DNA of 64,000 bases from an uncultured virus (IMG/VR IMGVR_UViG_3300025704_000016) (Duplodnaviria > Heunggongvirae > Uroviricota > Caudoviricetes). The position numbers and the translations under genes are program-made. The notes under the pieces were generated by a model. It did no database searches and had not been told where the DNA came from. It saw only the letters and a program-made list of their open reading frames with translations. Shown piece by piece: positions 37,754 through 48,287 of this stretch. The stretch covers positions 1-64,000 of the IMG/VR virus record IMGVR_UViG_3300025704_000016; one strand, 5' to 3'. Positions within the stretch are counted from its first letter, which is position 1, and each line of letters opens with the position of its first letter.

Positions 37754-37945
37754 ATGGACAATTTTTACGAAGTAATCAGACAAATGGCAAAAGACACTCC
37801 TAATGATTCAGAATTAGGCGGTAAAATAAGACACTTGTTTTGCCAGATTGACAAAGAGAACGCTAAAAAGCTAAATGCTCAAAAAGCAGCATCTAATCAG
37901 ATCGATCTTGAGGACATGATAAACGAAGTCAACAATGGAGATTAG
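37754..37945 (+). CDS. Hypothetical protein
   Basis: 63 aa with a PNDSELGGKIR motif; operon-coupled. Confidence 0.6.
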   Translation: MDNFYEVIRQMAKDTPNDSELGGKIRHLFCQIDKENAKKLNAQKAASNQIDLEDMINEVNNGD

Positions 37946-38114
37946 TATGAATAAAGAACAACATGAGTTTGTTCTAAAATATCAAAAGATCTACGATCGA
38001 CTTGCTCAGTTAGAGGGCAGAATGCAGGAACTGCAGGCAGAAAGCCAGGCCTTAATCGAAGAGCTTGAAACATTACGTGAAGAAGAACGTACAAAATTTA
38101 AAACAGAAGAATAA
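37935..38114 (+). CDS. Small coiled-coil hypothetical protein (59 aa, not in the ORF track)
   Basis: MEISMNKEQHEFVLKYQKIYDRLAQLE...KTEE* fills the gap before uvsX. Confidence 0.6.
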   Translation: MEISMNKEQHEFVLKYQKIYDRLAQLEGRMQELQAESQALIEELETLREEERTKFKTEE

Positions 38115-38116
38115 TT

Positions 38117-39238
38117 ATGGCAAAAACTAAGAATAAAGAGTTCAGCTTTGACGATATTAACGCTGAATTAGCAAACTTAAATCCATTAGGTTCAGTAATG
38201 GAACACTCTAGTTTTAGTGAAGTTACAGAGTGGATTGACACTGGTAACTACCACTTAAATGCATGTGTTAGTGGAACTCTATTTGGTGGTTGGCCAAACA
38301 ACAGATCTTGCTCAATTGCAGGACCTTCTGGAACCGGTAAGACATATCTAATTCTAAACTCAATCCATCGTGCGATTGAAATGGGCTACAACATCATATT
38401 TTATGATTCAGAAGCCGCTGTTGATAGAGACCTTATGAAGAAATTCGGTATTGACACTACTAAAGTTAACTATCAGCCGGTAAACACAGTACAAGATTTT
38501 AGAACCTCTATTACTACGATCACATCTAGAATGCAAGAGGCCAAGCGTGCTGGTGCTGAACTACCTAAGATGATGTTTATCTTAGATTCAGCAGGTAACT
38601 TAGCTACGGCCAAAGAGATTGAAGATGCTAAGTCAGGCAGTGACAAGTCTGATATGACACGCTCTAAAGTGCTTAAGTCAATCTTTAGAATTATCATGAC
38701 ACCAATGGCCGACTTAAAGATTCCTTTTATCTTTACTAACCATACATACCAGACACAGAGCTTTATTTCACAGCAAGTTGCCGGTGGTGGTACAGGACCT
38801 GAATATGCAGCATCAATCGTACTCTTTTTAAACAAGGCACAGCTCAAAGAAGGTGGTGAAAAGGCCGGTATTATTGTAACTGCAAAACCAAACAAGAACA
38901 GATTTGCAAAACCAAATCCAATTAAGTTTCATCTACACTTTAGTGAAGGTATGAACAGATACGTAGGTCTAGAGAACTACATTGACTGGGAAGATATTGG
39001 TATTGCACGTGGCAGTATTGAAAAAGGCCAGAAAGTGCCAAAGGCAACGGCTCGTGGCTGGATCTGTAAGCACCTAGAAGAGGTTATACCTAACAACGAA
39101 TTCTTTACCGATAAGGTCTTTACCCAAGAAGTTCTTGAGAAGATTGATAAGAAAATATACGACCTGTTCAACTACAATACAGACGTTCAGTTTGATGTAG
39201 ACGATATTATGGAAAGTACGGTAGAAGATGAGGATTAA
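38117..39238 (+). CDS. uvsX: RecA-like recombinase UvsX
   Basis: IDTGNYHLN, AGPSGTGKT, YDSE, ILDS, TNHTY, GGGTG.EYAAS. Confidence 0.92.
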   Translation: MAKTKNKEFSFDDINAELANLNPLGSVMEHSSFSEVTEWIDTGNYHLNACVSGTLFGGWPNNRSCSIAGPSGTGKTYLILNSIHRAIEMGYNIIFYDSEAAVDRDLMKKFGIDTTKVNYQPVNTVQDFRTSITTITSRMQEAKRAGAELPKMMFILDSAGNLATAKEIEDAKSGSDKSDMTRSKVLKSIFRIIMTPMADLKIPFIFTNHTYQTQSFISQQVAGGGTGPEYAASIVLFLNKAQLKEGGEKAGIIVTAKPNKNRFAKPNPIKFHLHFSEGMNRYVGLENYIDWEDIGIARGSIEKGQKVPKATARGWICKHLEEVIPNNEFFTDKVFTQEVLEKIDKKIYDLFNYNTDVQFDVDDIMESTVEDED

Positions 39239-39527
39239 TGAAGATAAGCTGCCGATTAAATATGTGATTGGTATTGAGAAAGATCTACCGGGCTGGCCAA
39301 CAGGCATGGACATTGTCTATAATGAAATTACAATGTGTGTGCGTAACACAGACAGATATAAAGGTACTTTCACTCTACACGCTTTAAAAACATACCGTTT
39401 CCCAGAAGTAGAAGAAGAACATCTAGTGGCCTCATTAAACGAGGCTGTTACCGATGGTCTACTAGAACAAACTAACCAAGAAGATGGCAAAGAGGCTTAT
39501 AAGATTCTAATGAATCCATTTGAGTAA
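39228..39527 (+). CDS. Hypothetical protein
   Basis: 99-aa coupled ORF. Confidence 0.6.
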   Translation: MRINEDKLPIKYVIGIEKDLPGWPTGMDIVYNEITMCVRNTDRYKGTFTLHALKTYRFPEVEEEHLVASLNEAVTDGLLEQTNQEDGKEAYKILMNPFE

Positions 39528-39550
39528 ACCTCATATAACAATAAAAATAT

Positions 39551-40867
39551 ATGCAATTCGGACAAGACTTTGAGAAGATATTCTTTAGACTATCTTTGGC
39601 CAAGCCAAAATATCTACAGGCTATTAAGACTGACTATTATCAGTCTGAAGAGATTGATATTTTAAGCTATCTTGCAAACAAGTTTTATGTTAAGTTCAAT
39701 GAGACACCATCAAAGGACCAACTAAAACTACTTGCACAGAACAGCAAGCGAGCTAAAGAAAAAGTCACAGACAGCATCTTAGACCTGCTCTTTGACGTTG
39801 ATCTAGATCAGTATGATGATGAGTGGCTAACAGATACTGCAGAGTCTTGGATTAAATGGAAAACATTTAACACATCACTTACTGATACAATTGAGTTTAT
39901 TAAGACAACTCAAGTTACACCAGAGAATACTGAGAGTATTATTCAGAAAGTTAAAGGCTTAATCAACGAACGTAACAACATTACCTTTAACTCAGATCTG
40001 GGTCTAGACTTCTTTAACCCAGAAGATCACGATCAGAAAGAGACTGATAAAGTAAGCTCTGGTTACAACTTTGTTGATAGACTACTTGGTGGTGGTTATG
40101 ACAAAGGCGGTAACTTAATCGTTTATGCTGGTGAACAAAACATTGGTAAATCAATTTATCTAGCTAACGACGCAGCAAGCTTTGTTAAGATGGGCACAAA
40201 CACCGTTGTAATTACAGCGGAAATGGCAGCACATAAGTTTGTAAAACGTATTGGTTCAAACTTACTATCTATTAATATAAGTGAATATGCTGACAAGTCT
40301 AAGAACAGAGACTTAATGAAGCGTAAGCTTGAGACCGTGGGTGATGGCTTTACTCCTCCTGGTCAACTCTTTGTTAAACAAATGCCAACGTCACAAGCAA
40401 CAGTACTTGATATTGAGGCTTATATTAGTCAGATTGAAGAAGAACGTCAGATTAAAATCGGTGCAGTTGTAATTGACTACATAAACATTTTGGCCAACTA
40501 CCGTAACTTAAATACGGAGAATACATATATGAAGATTAAGCAGATTGCAGAGGACTTAAGAGCAATGGGTCAACGCAATGACTGGTTGATCGTAACAGCA
40601 ACTCAGATTACACGAAGCGGTTATAACTCAAGCGACATTACAATGTCCGACATTGCAGAATCAGCTGGTCTATCACACACTGCCGATATTATGTACGGTA
40701 TTATTCAAGATGATCTAATGCGAGCAAATGAAGAATACTGGCTTAAGATCTTAAAGATAAGAGACGGTGAAGGAAAGGGCACTAAATGTAAGTTGAACAT
40801 CAACTGGAACTATATGCGCCTAATAGAAACAGAAGAATTAAGCACATCAAATTTACACGGAATATAA
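39551..40867 (+). CDS. gp41: Replicative DnaB-like helicase (gp41)
   Basis: GEQNIGKS, TAEM, VIDYINI, ATQITRSG, AESAGL..TAD, KIRDG. Confidence 0.92.
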   Translation: MQFGQDFEKIFFRLSLAKPKYLQAIKTDYYQSEEIDILSYLANKFYVKFNETPSKDQLKLLAQNSKRAKEKVTDSILDLLFDVDLDQYDDEWLTDTAESWIKWKTFNTSLTDTIEFIKTTQVTPENTESIIQKVKGLINERNNITFNSDLGLDFFNPEDHDQKETDKVSSGYNFVDRLLGGGYDKGGNLIVYAGEQNIGKSIYLANDAASFVKMGTNTVVITAEMAAHKFVKRIGSNLLSINISEYADKSKNRDLMKRKLETVGDGFTPPGQLFVKQMPTSQATVLDIEAYISQIEEERQIKIGAVVIDYINILANYRNLNTENTYMKIKQIAEDLRAMGQRNDWLIVTATQITRSGYNSSDITMSDIAESAGLSHTADIMYGIIQDDLMRANEEYWLKILKIRDGEGKGTKCKLNINWNYMRLIETEELSTSNLHGI

Positions 40868-41304
40868 TGAATAGAGATAAAATATTTGACAATAACTTTG
40901 ATTCACCGGATTTTGAGATAAATTCAAACATGTCGTTTGAACTCGATTCTAGTTTCAAAGACACCCTAGATGAAGACATCAAGATTCATTATGACATGAT
41001 TGCTAATAAGATCCATAAATTGATCGAGCTTTCACGTTTTAAGCAGTTTAATGATGTTGATGACCTAGGTAGATGTAAGAAGCTGAAGAAGTCAGACATC
41101 AACGATGTATATGGTTACATTGTTGATGAGATGAAAGCTAAATTTAGCAGAATAGACATTTTTAGCGAAATGTGTGTGTACTTCGATATTAAACCTGATA
41201 AGTTTTATAGTTCATTGAGTAACGTCTACAAAGAAGACTTAATTCAAGAACTAGATTTAAGAACTGGTGTTTTAGAGAGAAAAAACATTAACAAGTTATT
41301 TTAA
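40867..41304 (+). CDS. Hypothetical protein; C-terminus reminiscent of T4 gp33 late-transcription coactivator
   Basis: IDIFSEMCVYFDI.PDK...LSNVYKEDLIQE...KLF is loosely gp33-like. Confidence 0.35.
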   Translation: MNRDKIFDNNFDSPDFEINSNMSFELDSSFKDTLDEDIKIHYDMIANKIHKLIELSRFKQFNDVDDLGRCKKLKKSDINDVYGYIVDEMKAKFSRIDIFSEMCVYFDIKPDKFYSSLSNVYKEDLIQELDLRTGVLERKNINKLF

Positions 41305-42420
41305 ATGATTGAGCCTAAAGTAATTGAAGCAGGAGCGAAAAGGGTTTGGGTATTAGGCGATCTTCATTTTGGCGTTAGAGCCAATTCACAAGAGTGGTTA
41401 GCTATCCAAAAGCAGTTTTTCGAAGAATTGTTTATCCCAACATTAAAGAAGCATGTAAAGCCAGGTGATGTTTTAGTCCAGGTTGGTGATACATTTGACA
41501 ACAGACAGAGTATTAATATCAAAGTATTAAACTATGCTGTTGATCTATTTGAGAGACTTGGTGAAATTCTGCCAGTCTACGTTATTGTCGGAAATCATGA
41601 TATTTGGGCAAAGAAAACAAATGAAGTATCATCAATCGATACTTTAAAATGGATTCCAAACGTACAGATCTATAAGGACCCTGAACTTTTAAAATGGTCC
41701 GGTAGAAATATACTACTGATGCCATGGCGTAGAGATACTACGCATGAGACTGAGACACTGGCAGAATACCCACAGTCAGATGTTGTATTCTGTCATTCAG
41801 AAGTTAAAGGCATCTACCTAAACTCTAAAGTACGTAATGAGCATGGTACCGAGACCAATGTTTACAGTAAGTATACTAGAGTCTACAGTGGCCACATACA
41901 CTACAGACAAGAGAAGGATAAACTCTTGATGGTTGGTGTGCCTTACCAGCTAACAAGATCAGACGCTAACAATCCGAAAGGCTTCGACCTGGTTGATTTA
42001 GAAGACATGTCAGAGACCTTCTTTGAAAACCATATATCACCACGTTTTGTTAAATACAACATCACACAACTCTTCGATATAACTCTAGGAAGCTTTAAGA
42101 AGCAGATTAACAATAACTTTGTAGATCTGTTTGTACCAAGCCAAATTGCAAGCACAAGTGCTCTAAGCCATCTGGTTAATAAGATCCAACATGTTAGTCG
42201 TAGATTAGAACCCAACATCTACCAAGAAGAGAACTGGATCGACAAGGATTTTCATGACATCGACAAGATTGAAGAAATGTACAAGGATTATAACATCATG
42301 AATCTATGTAACATGTACGTTGAAGGTATTCAAGAAGACGATGAGTTGAAACAAAAGCTAAAAGATAAGCTAAAACAACTGTACACGCAAGCTGCGTACA
42401 ATTACGAGACTGACGAATGA
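41305..42420 (+). CDS. gp47: Mre11/SbcD-like nuclease (gp47)
   Basis: GDLHFG, GDTFDNR, GNHD, SGHIH. Confidence 0.92.
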   Translation: MIEPKVIEAGAKRVWVLGDLHFGVRANSQEWLAIQKQFFEELFIPTLKKHVKPGDVLVQVGDTFDNRQSINIKVLNYAVDLFERLGEILPVYVIVGNHDIWAKKTNEVSSIDTLKWIPNVQIYKDPELLKWSGRNILLMPWRRDTTHETETLAEYPQSDVVFCHSEVKGIYLNSKVRNEHGTETNVYSKYTRVYSGHIHYRQEKDKLLMVGVPYQLTRSDANNPKGFDLVDLEDMSETFFENHISPRFVKYNITQLFDITLGSFKKQINNNFVDLFVPSQIASTSALSHLVNKIQHVSRRLEPNIYQEENWIDKDFHDIDKIEEMYKDYNIMNLCNMYVEGIQEDDELKQKLKDKLKQLYTQAAYNYETDE

Positions 42421-44087
42421 GAATAGATTACATTGAGTTTAAAAACTTTGCGAGTTACGGTAATCAAAAACAGAGGCTAGAATTCAAAAAAGATGGCTCA
42501 GAGTTATTTTTAACTCTAGGTAAGAATGGTGATGGTAAAACAACTATCGCTAACGCCATTATTTTTGCACTCTACGGTAAGGTTGAAGGTGTAAAGTTAA
42601 GTGATCTGCCAAACAGAATCAACAAAGAACTTTGGGTTAAGGTTGGTATTCAGTGTGGCACGATCAATGTTGAGATTGAGCGCGGTCTTGCACCTACTAA
42701 GTTTAACGTACTAATCAACGGCGTTGAGTTTGACAAAGCAGGCAAGCGCAGCGTCCAAGAGTACTTGGAAGAAGAGGTCTATGGTATACCGTATCACGTC
42801 TTCAAGAATATTATCATTCTTTCAATCAATGACTTTAAGTCTTTCTTGACAATGAATGGCGCCGACAAACGCCAGATTATTGACAGGATGTTTGGCTTTT
42901 CAATCTTAAACGATATGCAGCGCGCAATCAAAGAAGAGCGCAAGTCGGTTAAGATGGACATTGACAACTATGAATCTGAGTTAAATCAGACCATGGAGTC
43001 AATCAAGTCAGTACGCCATAAGCTCAATACGCTGCTTGAAGAATCAAGTGAGAAGAATGCTAGTAAGATTAAAGAGCTAAAAGAGAGTCTGGTTGCCTTG
43101 AACGAAGAGGCTAAAACAATGAAGGTCGATGCAGATCAGATCAGCGAGAACATTACAACCAAGAAGGACGAATATGAAAGCCAAAGAACAGATGCCAGCT
43201 CTTTAAAGCATGAGCTTGACTATCTTAAGAAGAAGCTAGAGTTATATGAAGATGGGCACTGTCCAACTTGTGAAACTAAGCTAGACTCAGAGTGGCATAT
43301 GGAGAAGAAAGATGAGTATGCTACTAAGATTGAAGAGGACACTAAGAAGATCAAGTCAATTAAACTTGAGATGGATGCAATCACTGCGAACGCAACAGAG
43401 CTAAAAGAGTCTAAGAAGAGCATCGATACAAAGATCAACGACATTAAGTATAACATGAAGTCAATGAAGGCAGAACTTGTCAAGATTAAAGAGACTTCAA
43501 GTGGTGATGAGTTTGACCATCTTAAGAGCTTGATTGAACAGTTTGAAGAATCTGAAATTGAGAAATCAAACAAGCGCGATCAGCTAAGCGGCGACTATAA
43601 CTTTATGAGCATTGTTGAGCAAGTCTTAGGTGAAGATGGTGTTAAGAATCTAGCGGTAAAGACAATCTTACCAGGCTTAAATGCGAACATTGCAGCGATG
43701 GCTCAAACAATGCACTTACCTTTCCATATTCGATTTGATGAGAAGTTTAACTGTATTATCAATCACCTTGGTGAAGATATTAACCCGTTAACCTTATCAA
43801 CGGGTGAGCGTAAGAAAGCAGACTTTATTATTATCATAGCTATTATTAAGATCTTGAAGCTAAGGTTCCCACAACTGAACTTACTCTTCTTAGATGAGTT
43901 ATTGAGTTCAGTTGACCACGACGGCGTCTACAATATTCTAAAGATCTTAAACCAGGTTATTAAAGAGAACAAGATTAATACCTTTGTGATTAACCATACG
44001 GTTCTGCCACATGAGATCTTTGATAAGAAGATTCAGATCTACAGAGAGAACGGCTTTTCTAAGTTCGAGATCGGCAGCATAGAATAA
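42417..44087 (+). CDS. gp46: Rad50/SbcC-like ATPase (gp46)
   Basis: KNFASYG, GKNGDGKTT, CPTC hook, LSTGE, LFLDE. Confidence 0.93.
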   Translation: MRIDYIEFKNFASYGNQKQRLEFKKDGSELFLTLGKNGDGKTTIANAIIFALYGKVEGVKLSDLPNRINKELWVKVGIQCGTINVEIERGLAPTKFNVLINGVEFDKAGKRSVQEYLEEEVYGIPYHVFKNIIILSINDFKSFLTMNGADKRQIIDRMFGFSILNDMQRAIKEERKSVKMDIDNYESELNQTMESIKSVRHKLNTLLEESSEKNASKIKELKESLVALNEEAKTMKVDADQISENITTKKDEYESQRTDASSLKHELDYLKKKLELYEDGHCPTCETKLDSEWHMEKKDEYATKIEEDTKKIKSIKLEMDAITANATELKESKKSIDTKINDIKYNMKSMKAELVKIKETSSGDEFDHLKSLIEQFEESEIEKSNKRDQLSGDYNFMSIVEQVLGEDGVKNLAVKTILPGLNANIAAMAQTMHLPFHIRFDEKFNCIINHLGEDINPLTLSTGERKKADFIIIIAIIKILKLRFPQLNLLFLDELLSSVDHDGVYNILKILNQVIKENKINTFVINHTVLPHEIFDKKIQIYRENGFSKFEIGSIE

Positions 44088-44103
44088 CATAATAATTCAG
44101 TAG

Positions 44104-44111
44104 GATATATA
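44104..44111 (+). promoter_or_regulatory. Putative late promoter GATATATA
   Basis: Upstream of the AAA ATPase and gp15-like genes. Confidence 0.65.
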
Positions 44112-44134
44112 CTAAAAAACAAACATATTCTACA

Positions 44135-45487
44135 ATGCACTTTTTAGATTTTAATAGCTTTCTTAACGAAGCGCAAGTAATGAAAACTACGGGCATGTTT
44201 GACGCTAAGTTAGACAAGGCTGCAGATGTTATCATGGCATACTTGAACAAGAAGACTGGCGATGACTACAAGAAATTCCCATACATTTTAGTACACAGAA
44301 TTGATGGTGCTGAAGATCCAGGTATCATGCTCTACTCTAATAAGTCTGACAAGGCTGTTAGAATCGGTGGTCAAAGTAAAGGACCTGGTATTGTAGGTTC
44401 TCTTGCTTTTTACTCAAAGCACTATACTGAAGTTGCTGACTTCATGGTTACTTCAGATCAGTTTCCAATCGTTAAATTAATTGATGAGTTTGTTAGACTG
44501 ATGGATGCTAAATACGTTAAGCAGATTGCAGAATCATATGATGCTCTTAACGAAGCTGCTTCAGACTATGCATTTAGCCAGGCTGAAATCAATGAGATTA
44601 ATAAGCTTCTAGACAAGAAGATGCCGGTAACTAAGATTGCTAAGAAGATGGATATTCCATATAGATCAGTCTTAAAGGTAAAGCGTAATATTTCTTCTGG
44701 TGAAGTTAAATCTAACATGGAAGTTAAAAACGAACAGACTCTTGATGATAAAGTGAAGTTCTTAGAGGAAACCATTGAAGACATCTATCAAATCTCAAGA
44801 AAAGTTGCAGCAGGTGCATTCAACTCACTCTTTATTTCAGGCCGAGCAGGTACTGGTAAAACATACAACGTTGAAAAAGCAATGCAAGATGAAGGTCTTG
44901 AAGAAGGTGAAGACTGGATATTGGTTTCAGGTGCAGCATCACCAATTATGATGTTCAAGAAGTTCTATCAATTTAGAAATAAGACTCTAGTCTTTGATGA
45001 TTGTGACTCGGTATTTAGAGATGAGAATGGCCGTAACATGCTTAAAGCAGCTCTTGATACTAAAGCTGTTAGAAAGATTAGCTGGATGAAGAAGTCTTCA
45101 ATTGTATTTGACCCAAAAGATTTTGAAAATAACCCAGAAGCAGAATTTAACGCGCTAGAAGCAGGTCTTGTACCAAACAAATTTGAATTTGCAGGTCGTG
45201 TAATTTTTATCTCTAACTTAGAGAAAGAGAAAGCAGATCCAGATGGCGCAATTCGTTCTAGATCGATCCTAATTGATGTGGCACCAGATGATGCTACATT
45301 AATGGAGCGTATGAAGAAGTTACTTCCTTATCTAGAACCAACTGATATGCCAGTGAACGAGAAAGAGGAGATCTATGAGTTCATGAAGAATGCAGGTGAT
45401 GTTTCAATGAGAACATTCGTAAAAGCTGCAGGCTTTAAAAGAGCAGGTCTTTCTGACTGGCAAAGAATGGCACAGAGATACTTATAA
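44135..45487 (+). CDS. AAA+ ATPase with HTH-like segment and CTS-like N-terminus
   Basis: GRAGTGKT, LVFDDCD, FISN, AIRSRS; PVTKIAKKMDIPYRSV HTH-like; starts MHFLDFNSFLNE. Confidence 0.75.
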   Translation: MHFLDFNSFLNEAQVMKTTGMFDAKLDKAADVIMAYLNKKTGDDYKKFPYILVHRIDGAEDPGIMLYSNKSDKAVRIGGQSKGPGIVGSLAFYSKHYTEVADFMVTSDQFPIVKLIDEFVRLMDAKYVKQIAESYDALNEAASDYAFSQAEINEINKLLDKKMPVTKIAKKMDIPYRSVLKVKRNISSGEVKSNMEVKNEQTLDDKVKFLEETIEDIYQISRKVAAGAFNSLFISGRAGTGKTYNVEKAMQDEGLEEGEDWILVSGAASPIMMFKKFYQFRNKTLVFDDCDSVFRDENGRNMLKAALDTKAVRKISWMKKSSIVFDPKDFENNPEAEFNALEAGLVPNKFEFAGRVIFISNLEKEKADPDGAIRSRSILIDVAPDDATLMERMKKLLPYLEPTDMPVNEKEEIYEFMKNAGDVSMRTFVKAAGFKRAGLSDWQRMAQRYL

Positions 45488-45490
45488 TAA

Positions 45491-46603
45491 ATGGCAAGTT
45501 ACAATCTAAAATACAACAAGGATGACTCAGTTGTCCGACATATTATCATTGGTCTACTTGCAGATCTTAACAATAAGTTAAGCATCTCAAGGCAGCTGAC
45601 TAATGAGAACAGAGTTGTAGTAGATGTGCCTTTCTATTATGCTGTTTCTGGTGATGAAAACTTCATGCGCGATAACTTTCTTTTCAGTACTTTGAATGGT
45701 GAGAATTGTGACGTAGATCCAACAAAAGCAGATGGCAACTATGACCGCGTACCAAGAGGTATTGTTAATCTAACGTCATTTGCAGTAGATCCTTCAAAGC
45801 TAGTTAACAAACGTAATCTAGGCAATTACAATAGACTTAATCCAGAAGATGGTACATTAGAGTCTTATGTTGCTGAATTTGAAATGATCCCGGTTGTATT
45901 AGGTGTTGATGTTGAAATTTTAGTTTCAAGCCAGCTAGACCTTTTTAAAGTAACTGAGGCTATCATCAAGAAGATGTATAAAGCCAATTCGTACCACGTT
46001 GATGCAGGCCATCTAGAGGACGGTACTTACAGAATTAGTTCTGAGTATGCAATGCCAGATGACTATACAATGGAGAGGCCGATTGAGTACGGCTTTGATG
46101 ATAAAGGTAATCATAAGGTTACTTTTAGTCTAGAGATAAATTCATTCATGCCTTCATTCGACTTTGAAGAAGATGCTTATCAAACACTGACATTCACAAC
46201 AACTGACGGTGGTAACTACATTGGTAATATAGAAGATCCAAATGGAGTATTAACATGTGGAACCACTTCTGTATATTACAGTGAAGACTATTTAAAATTA
46301 TGGCAATGTGGAGGCTCTGGATCTCCAGAATCTGGTGTAGGTTCTGGATCTCCAGAATCTGGATGGACACTTACACATGAGGGTCAAGACGCTATTGACG
46401 AGGCTACTGTTACAGTTTTAACTGAAACACCAACAGACACGATAGAATATGAACGTAGAATATCTAAGCGTAGAAAAGCATCCAACAGAATGTTCACTAT
46501 TGGTAATTCAAGCCTAAACACAATCAACGATAATGAAGACGGTAAATCTGCATTGGGTGATGATTATAGTGTCACTGGTAGAGACCTTCCATTTAACGAG
46601 TAA
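45491..46603 (+). CDS. gp15-like tail sheath stabilizer/terminator with C-terminal extension
   Basis: VVRHIIIGLLADLN...VDVPFYY...RVPRG...P..L.VDV.I...QLD.FK..E.I pattern. Confidence 0.6.
   Translation: MASYNLKYNKDDSVVRHIIIGLLADLNNKLSISRQLTNENRVVVDVPFYYAVSGDENFMRDNFLFSTLNGENCDVDPTKADGNYDRVPRGIVNLTSFAVDPSKLVNKRNLGNYNRLNPEDGTLESYVAEFEMIPVVLGVDVEILVSSQLDLFKVTEAIIKKMYKANSYHVDAGHLEDGTYRISSEYAMPDDYTMERPIEYGFDDKGNHKVTFSLEINSFMPSFDFEEDAYQTLTFTTTDGGNYIGNIEDPNGVLTCGTTSVYYSEDYLKLWQCGGSGSPESGVGSGSPESGWTLTHEGQDAIDEATVTVLTETPTDTIEYERRISKRRKASNRMFTIGNSSLNTINDNEDGKSALGDDYSVTGRDLPFNE
46316..46362 (+). repeat. 20-bp direct repeat TCTGGATCTCCAGAATCTGG (SGSPESG x2)
   Basis: Copies at 46316-46335 and 46343-46362. 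Confidence 0.9.
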
Positions 46604-46611
46604 ATTAGACA

Positions 46612-46619
46612 GATATATA
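46612..46619 (+). promoter_or_regulatory. Putative late promoter GATATATA
   Basis: Upstream of 46645. Confidence 0.65.
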
Positions 46620-46644
46620 ATTAAACAAAAAATCAAAATACGAA

Positions 46645-47817
46645 ATGACTAAATTAAGAAAAGGCATCATTTCGCCAACAGAAAAACAAGGCGTAGGTTA
46701 CATCTTTGAGACTGCCGGCAAACTATTTAAAGTTACTGGTAATATCATTAAAGAAGCAACTGGAGCATCTGAAGAGTTTAACGCTCTATCAAAGGCTCTT
46801 GAGGCTTTCAAGGTAGATGAATCTGGCATTCAGTTTAACTATGACTTAAACAAAAAGTCACAGATCACTGATCTGAACGAGGCGAAATCTAAAAACTACG
46901 ACGAATTAGTTGGTCTACAAGATAAAGCTGAATTCCTTAAGACTGAGTTAAAAGAATCTAAGTTAGCCGGTAAGAAAGCAGCTACTACTGAATTAGAAAA
47001 AGAATTAGCAGAAGTTAATGAAACTATCTTAACGTTAACCAACAGTGGTATTCAAGTAACCTTTAAATACGATGCTAACGAGAATAAGACTTTTATTGGC
47101 AACCGTGAGGTTATCACAGAAGGTGTTACAGAACAAGCTTTTGCATCAGCATTAATTAGATATGAAGATAAAGGTCTTCTGAATCTATTTGAAACGGCTG
47201 CTAAAAACTTCGGTATGTACAACATCCTAGAATTCGTAACTGAGTCTCAACTTGGAGATGTAAAAGTTTCTACAATCCGTACTGAGAATAGAGTATATGC
47301 TTGGAGAATTAACGAGGCAACTAGAATCGGTAAGTTTATTCAAATGGAGCCACAAGAATTAATCAACTACGTTGCTGAAGAAACAGGAGCAGATATTACA
47401 GCTTCAGTTCAAGATCTATTAGATGGTATTAAAGAACAAGTTGAAGATAGAGAGAATGCAGTTGCTTTAAGAAGAGAGATGATCTCATTCTTACAGGATC
47501 AAAAAGGTAGACTTGCAGAAGCAGATAGAAATATACCAGCTATTAAAGAAGCAGATCATTTCTTAAGCTCTGAGATTAAAAGAATCGGTGAAGAGATTGA
47601 ATCTTTAGAGGAAGCAAAATTAGGCAGAGATGACGGCTATCTAGAAGCTACTCTTAAAGTTGATTTTGACGGTCTAACCAAAGGTACTACGGTATTGATA
47701 GATGCAATGGAATATTCTTCAGCTGGAAAAACAGATCTTCTGACTGTTTTTAAAGACGATAAACCATTAAGAATTGAGAAGAGAGCAATTGAACTTCCTA
47801 GTTCAGAATTGACATAA
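46645..47817 (+). CDS. Hypothetical late (likely head-associated) protein
   Basis: 390 aa, coiled-coil, late promoter upstream, several xxE-type sites. Confidence 0.55.
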   Translation: MTKLRKGIISPTEKQGVGYIFETAGKLFKVTGNIIKEATGASEEFNALSKALEAFKVDESGIQFNYDLNKKSQITDLNEAKSKNYDELVGLQDKAEFLKTELKESKLAGKKAATTELEKELAEVNETILTLTNSGIQVTFKYDANENKTFIGNREVITEGVTEQAFASALIRYEDKGLLNLFETAAKNFGMYNILEFVTESQLGDVKVSTIRTENRVYAWRINEATRIGKFIQMEPQELINYVAEETGADITASVQDLLDGIKEQVEDRENAVALRREMISFLQDQKGRLAEADRNIPAIKEADHFLSSEIKRIGEEIESLEEAKLGRDDGYLEATLKVDFDGLTKGTTVLIDAMEYSSAGKTDLLTVFKDDKPLRIEKRAIELPSSELT

Positions 47818-47842
47818 ATCCATTAGACTTTTAATAGTCAAG

Positions 47843-47872
47843 AAGCCCGTTTGGAAACAAATGGGCTTTTTT
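47843..47872 (+). terminator. Intrinsic terminator with GAAA loop, overlapping GAAAC-N17-TATAA (47854-47880)
   Basis: AAGCCCGTTTG-GAAA-CAAATGGGCTT plus T run. Confidence 0.85.
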
Positions 47873-47900
47873 GTTTATAATATACATAAAAATAAAAAGA

Positions 47901-48287
47901 ATGATCCAGGTGGCCAAGAAAAAGAACTATCTCAACAATAAAGACCTTTACAACGAAATTGTAAAGTCAAAGGAAGAAGGTAAACTGACAAGAGACGCTG
48001 AGAAGATGTTAGTGCTTCTTGCAGAACGTGCAATTAGAAAATTAACATATGTAAACGAAGATGATCGAAATGACTGTCTACAGTTTGCCATGTTAGACCT
48101 ACTAAAGTACTGGCAGAACTTTAACCCGAAATACAAGAACGCATTTGCATACTATACTGAGATAGCAAAAAGAGGCTACGCAAAAGGCTGGAATAAAATT
48201 CACCCAACAAAGTATAAGAACACACTGTCAATTGACCGTATTAGTGGAAACGGCTCAGATCACGACGGTGGCATGTTTAACATCTAA
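47901..48287 (+). CDS. gp55: Late sigma factor (T4 gp55-like)
   Basis: NYLNNKDLY, LLAER, NFNP.Y.NAFAYYT.IA; start ATG 47901 or GTG 47910. Confidence 0.8.
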   Translation: MIQVAKKKNYLNNKDLYNEIVKSKEEGKLTRDAEKMLVLLAERAIRKLTYVNEDDRNDCLQFAMLDLLKYWQNFNPKYKNAFAYYTEIAKRGYAKGWNKIHPTKYKNTLSIDRISGNGSDHDGGMFNI

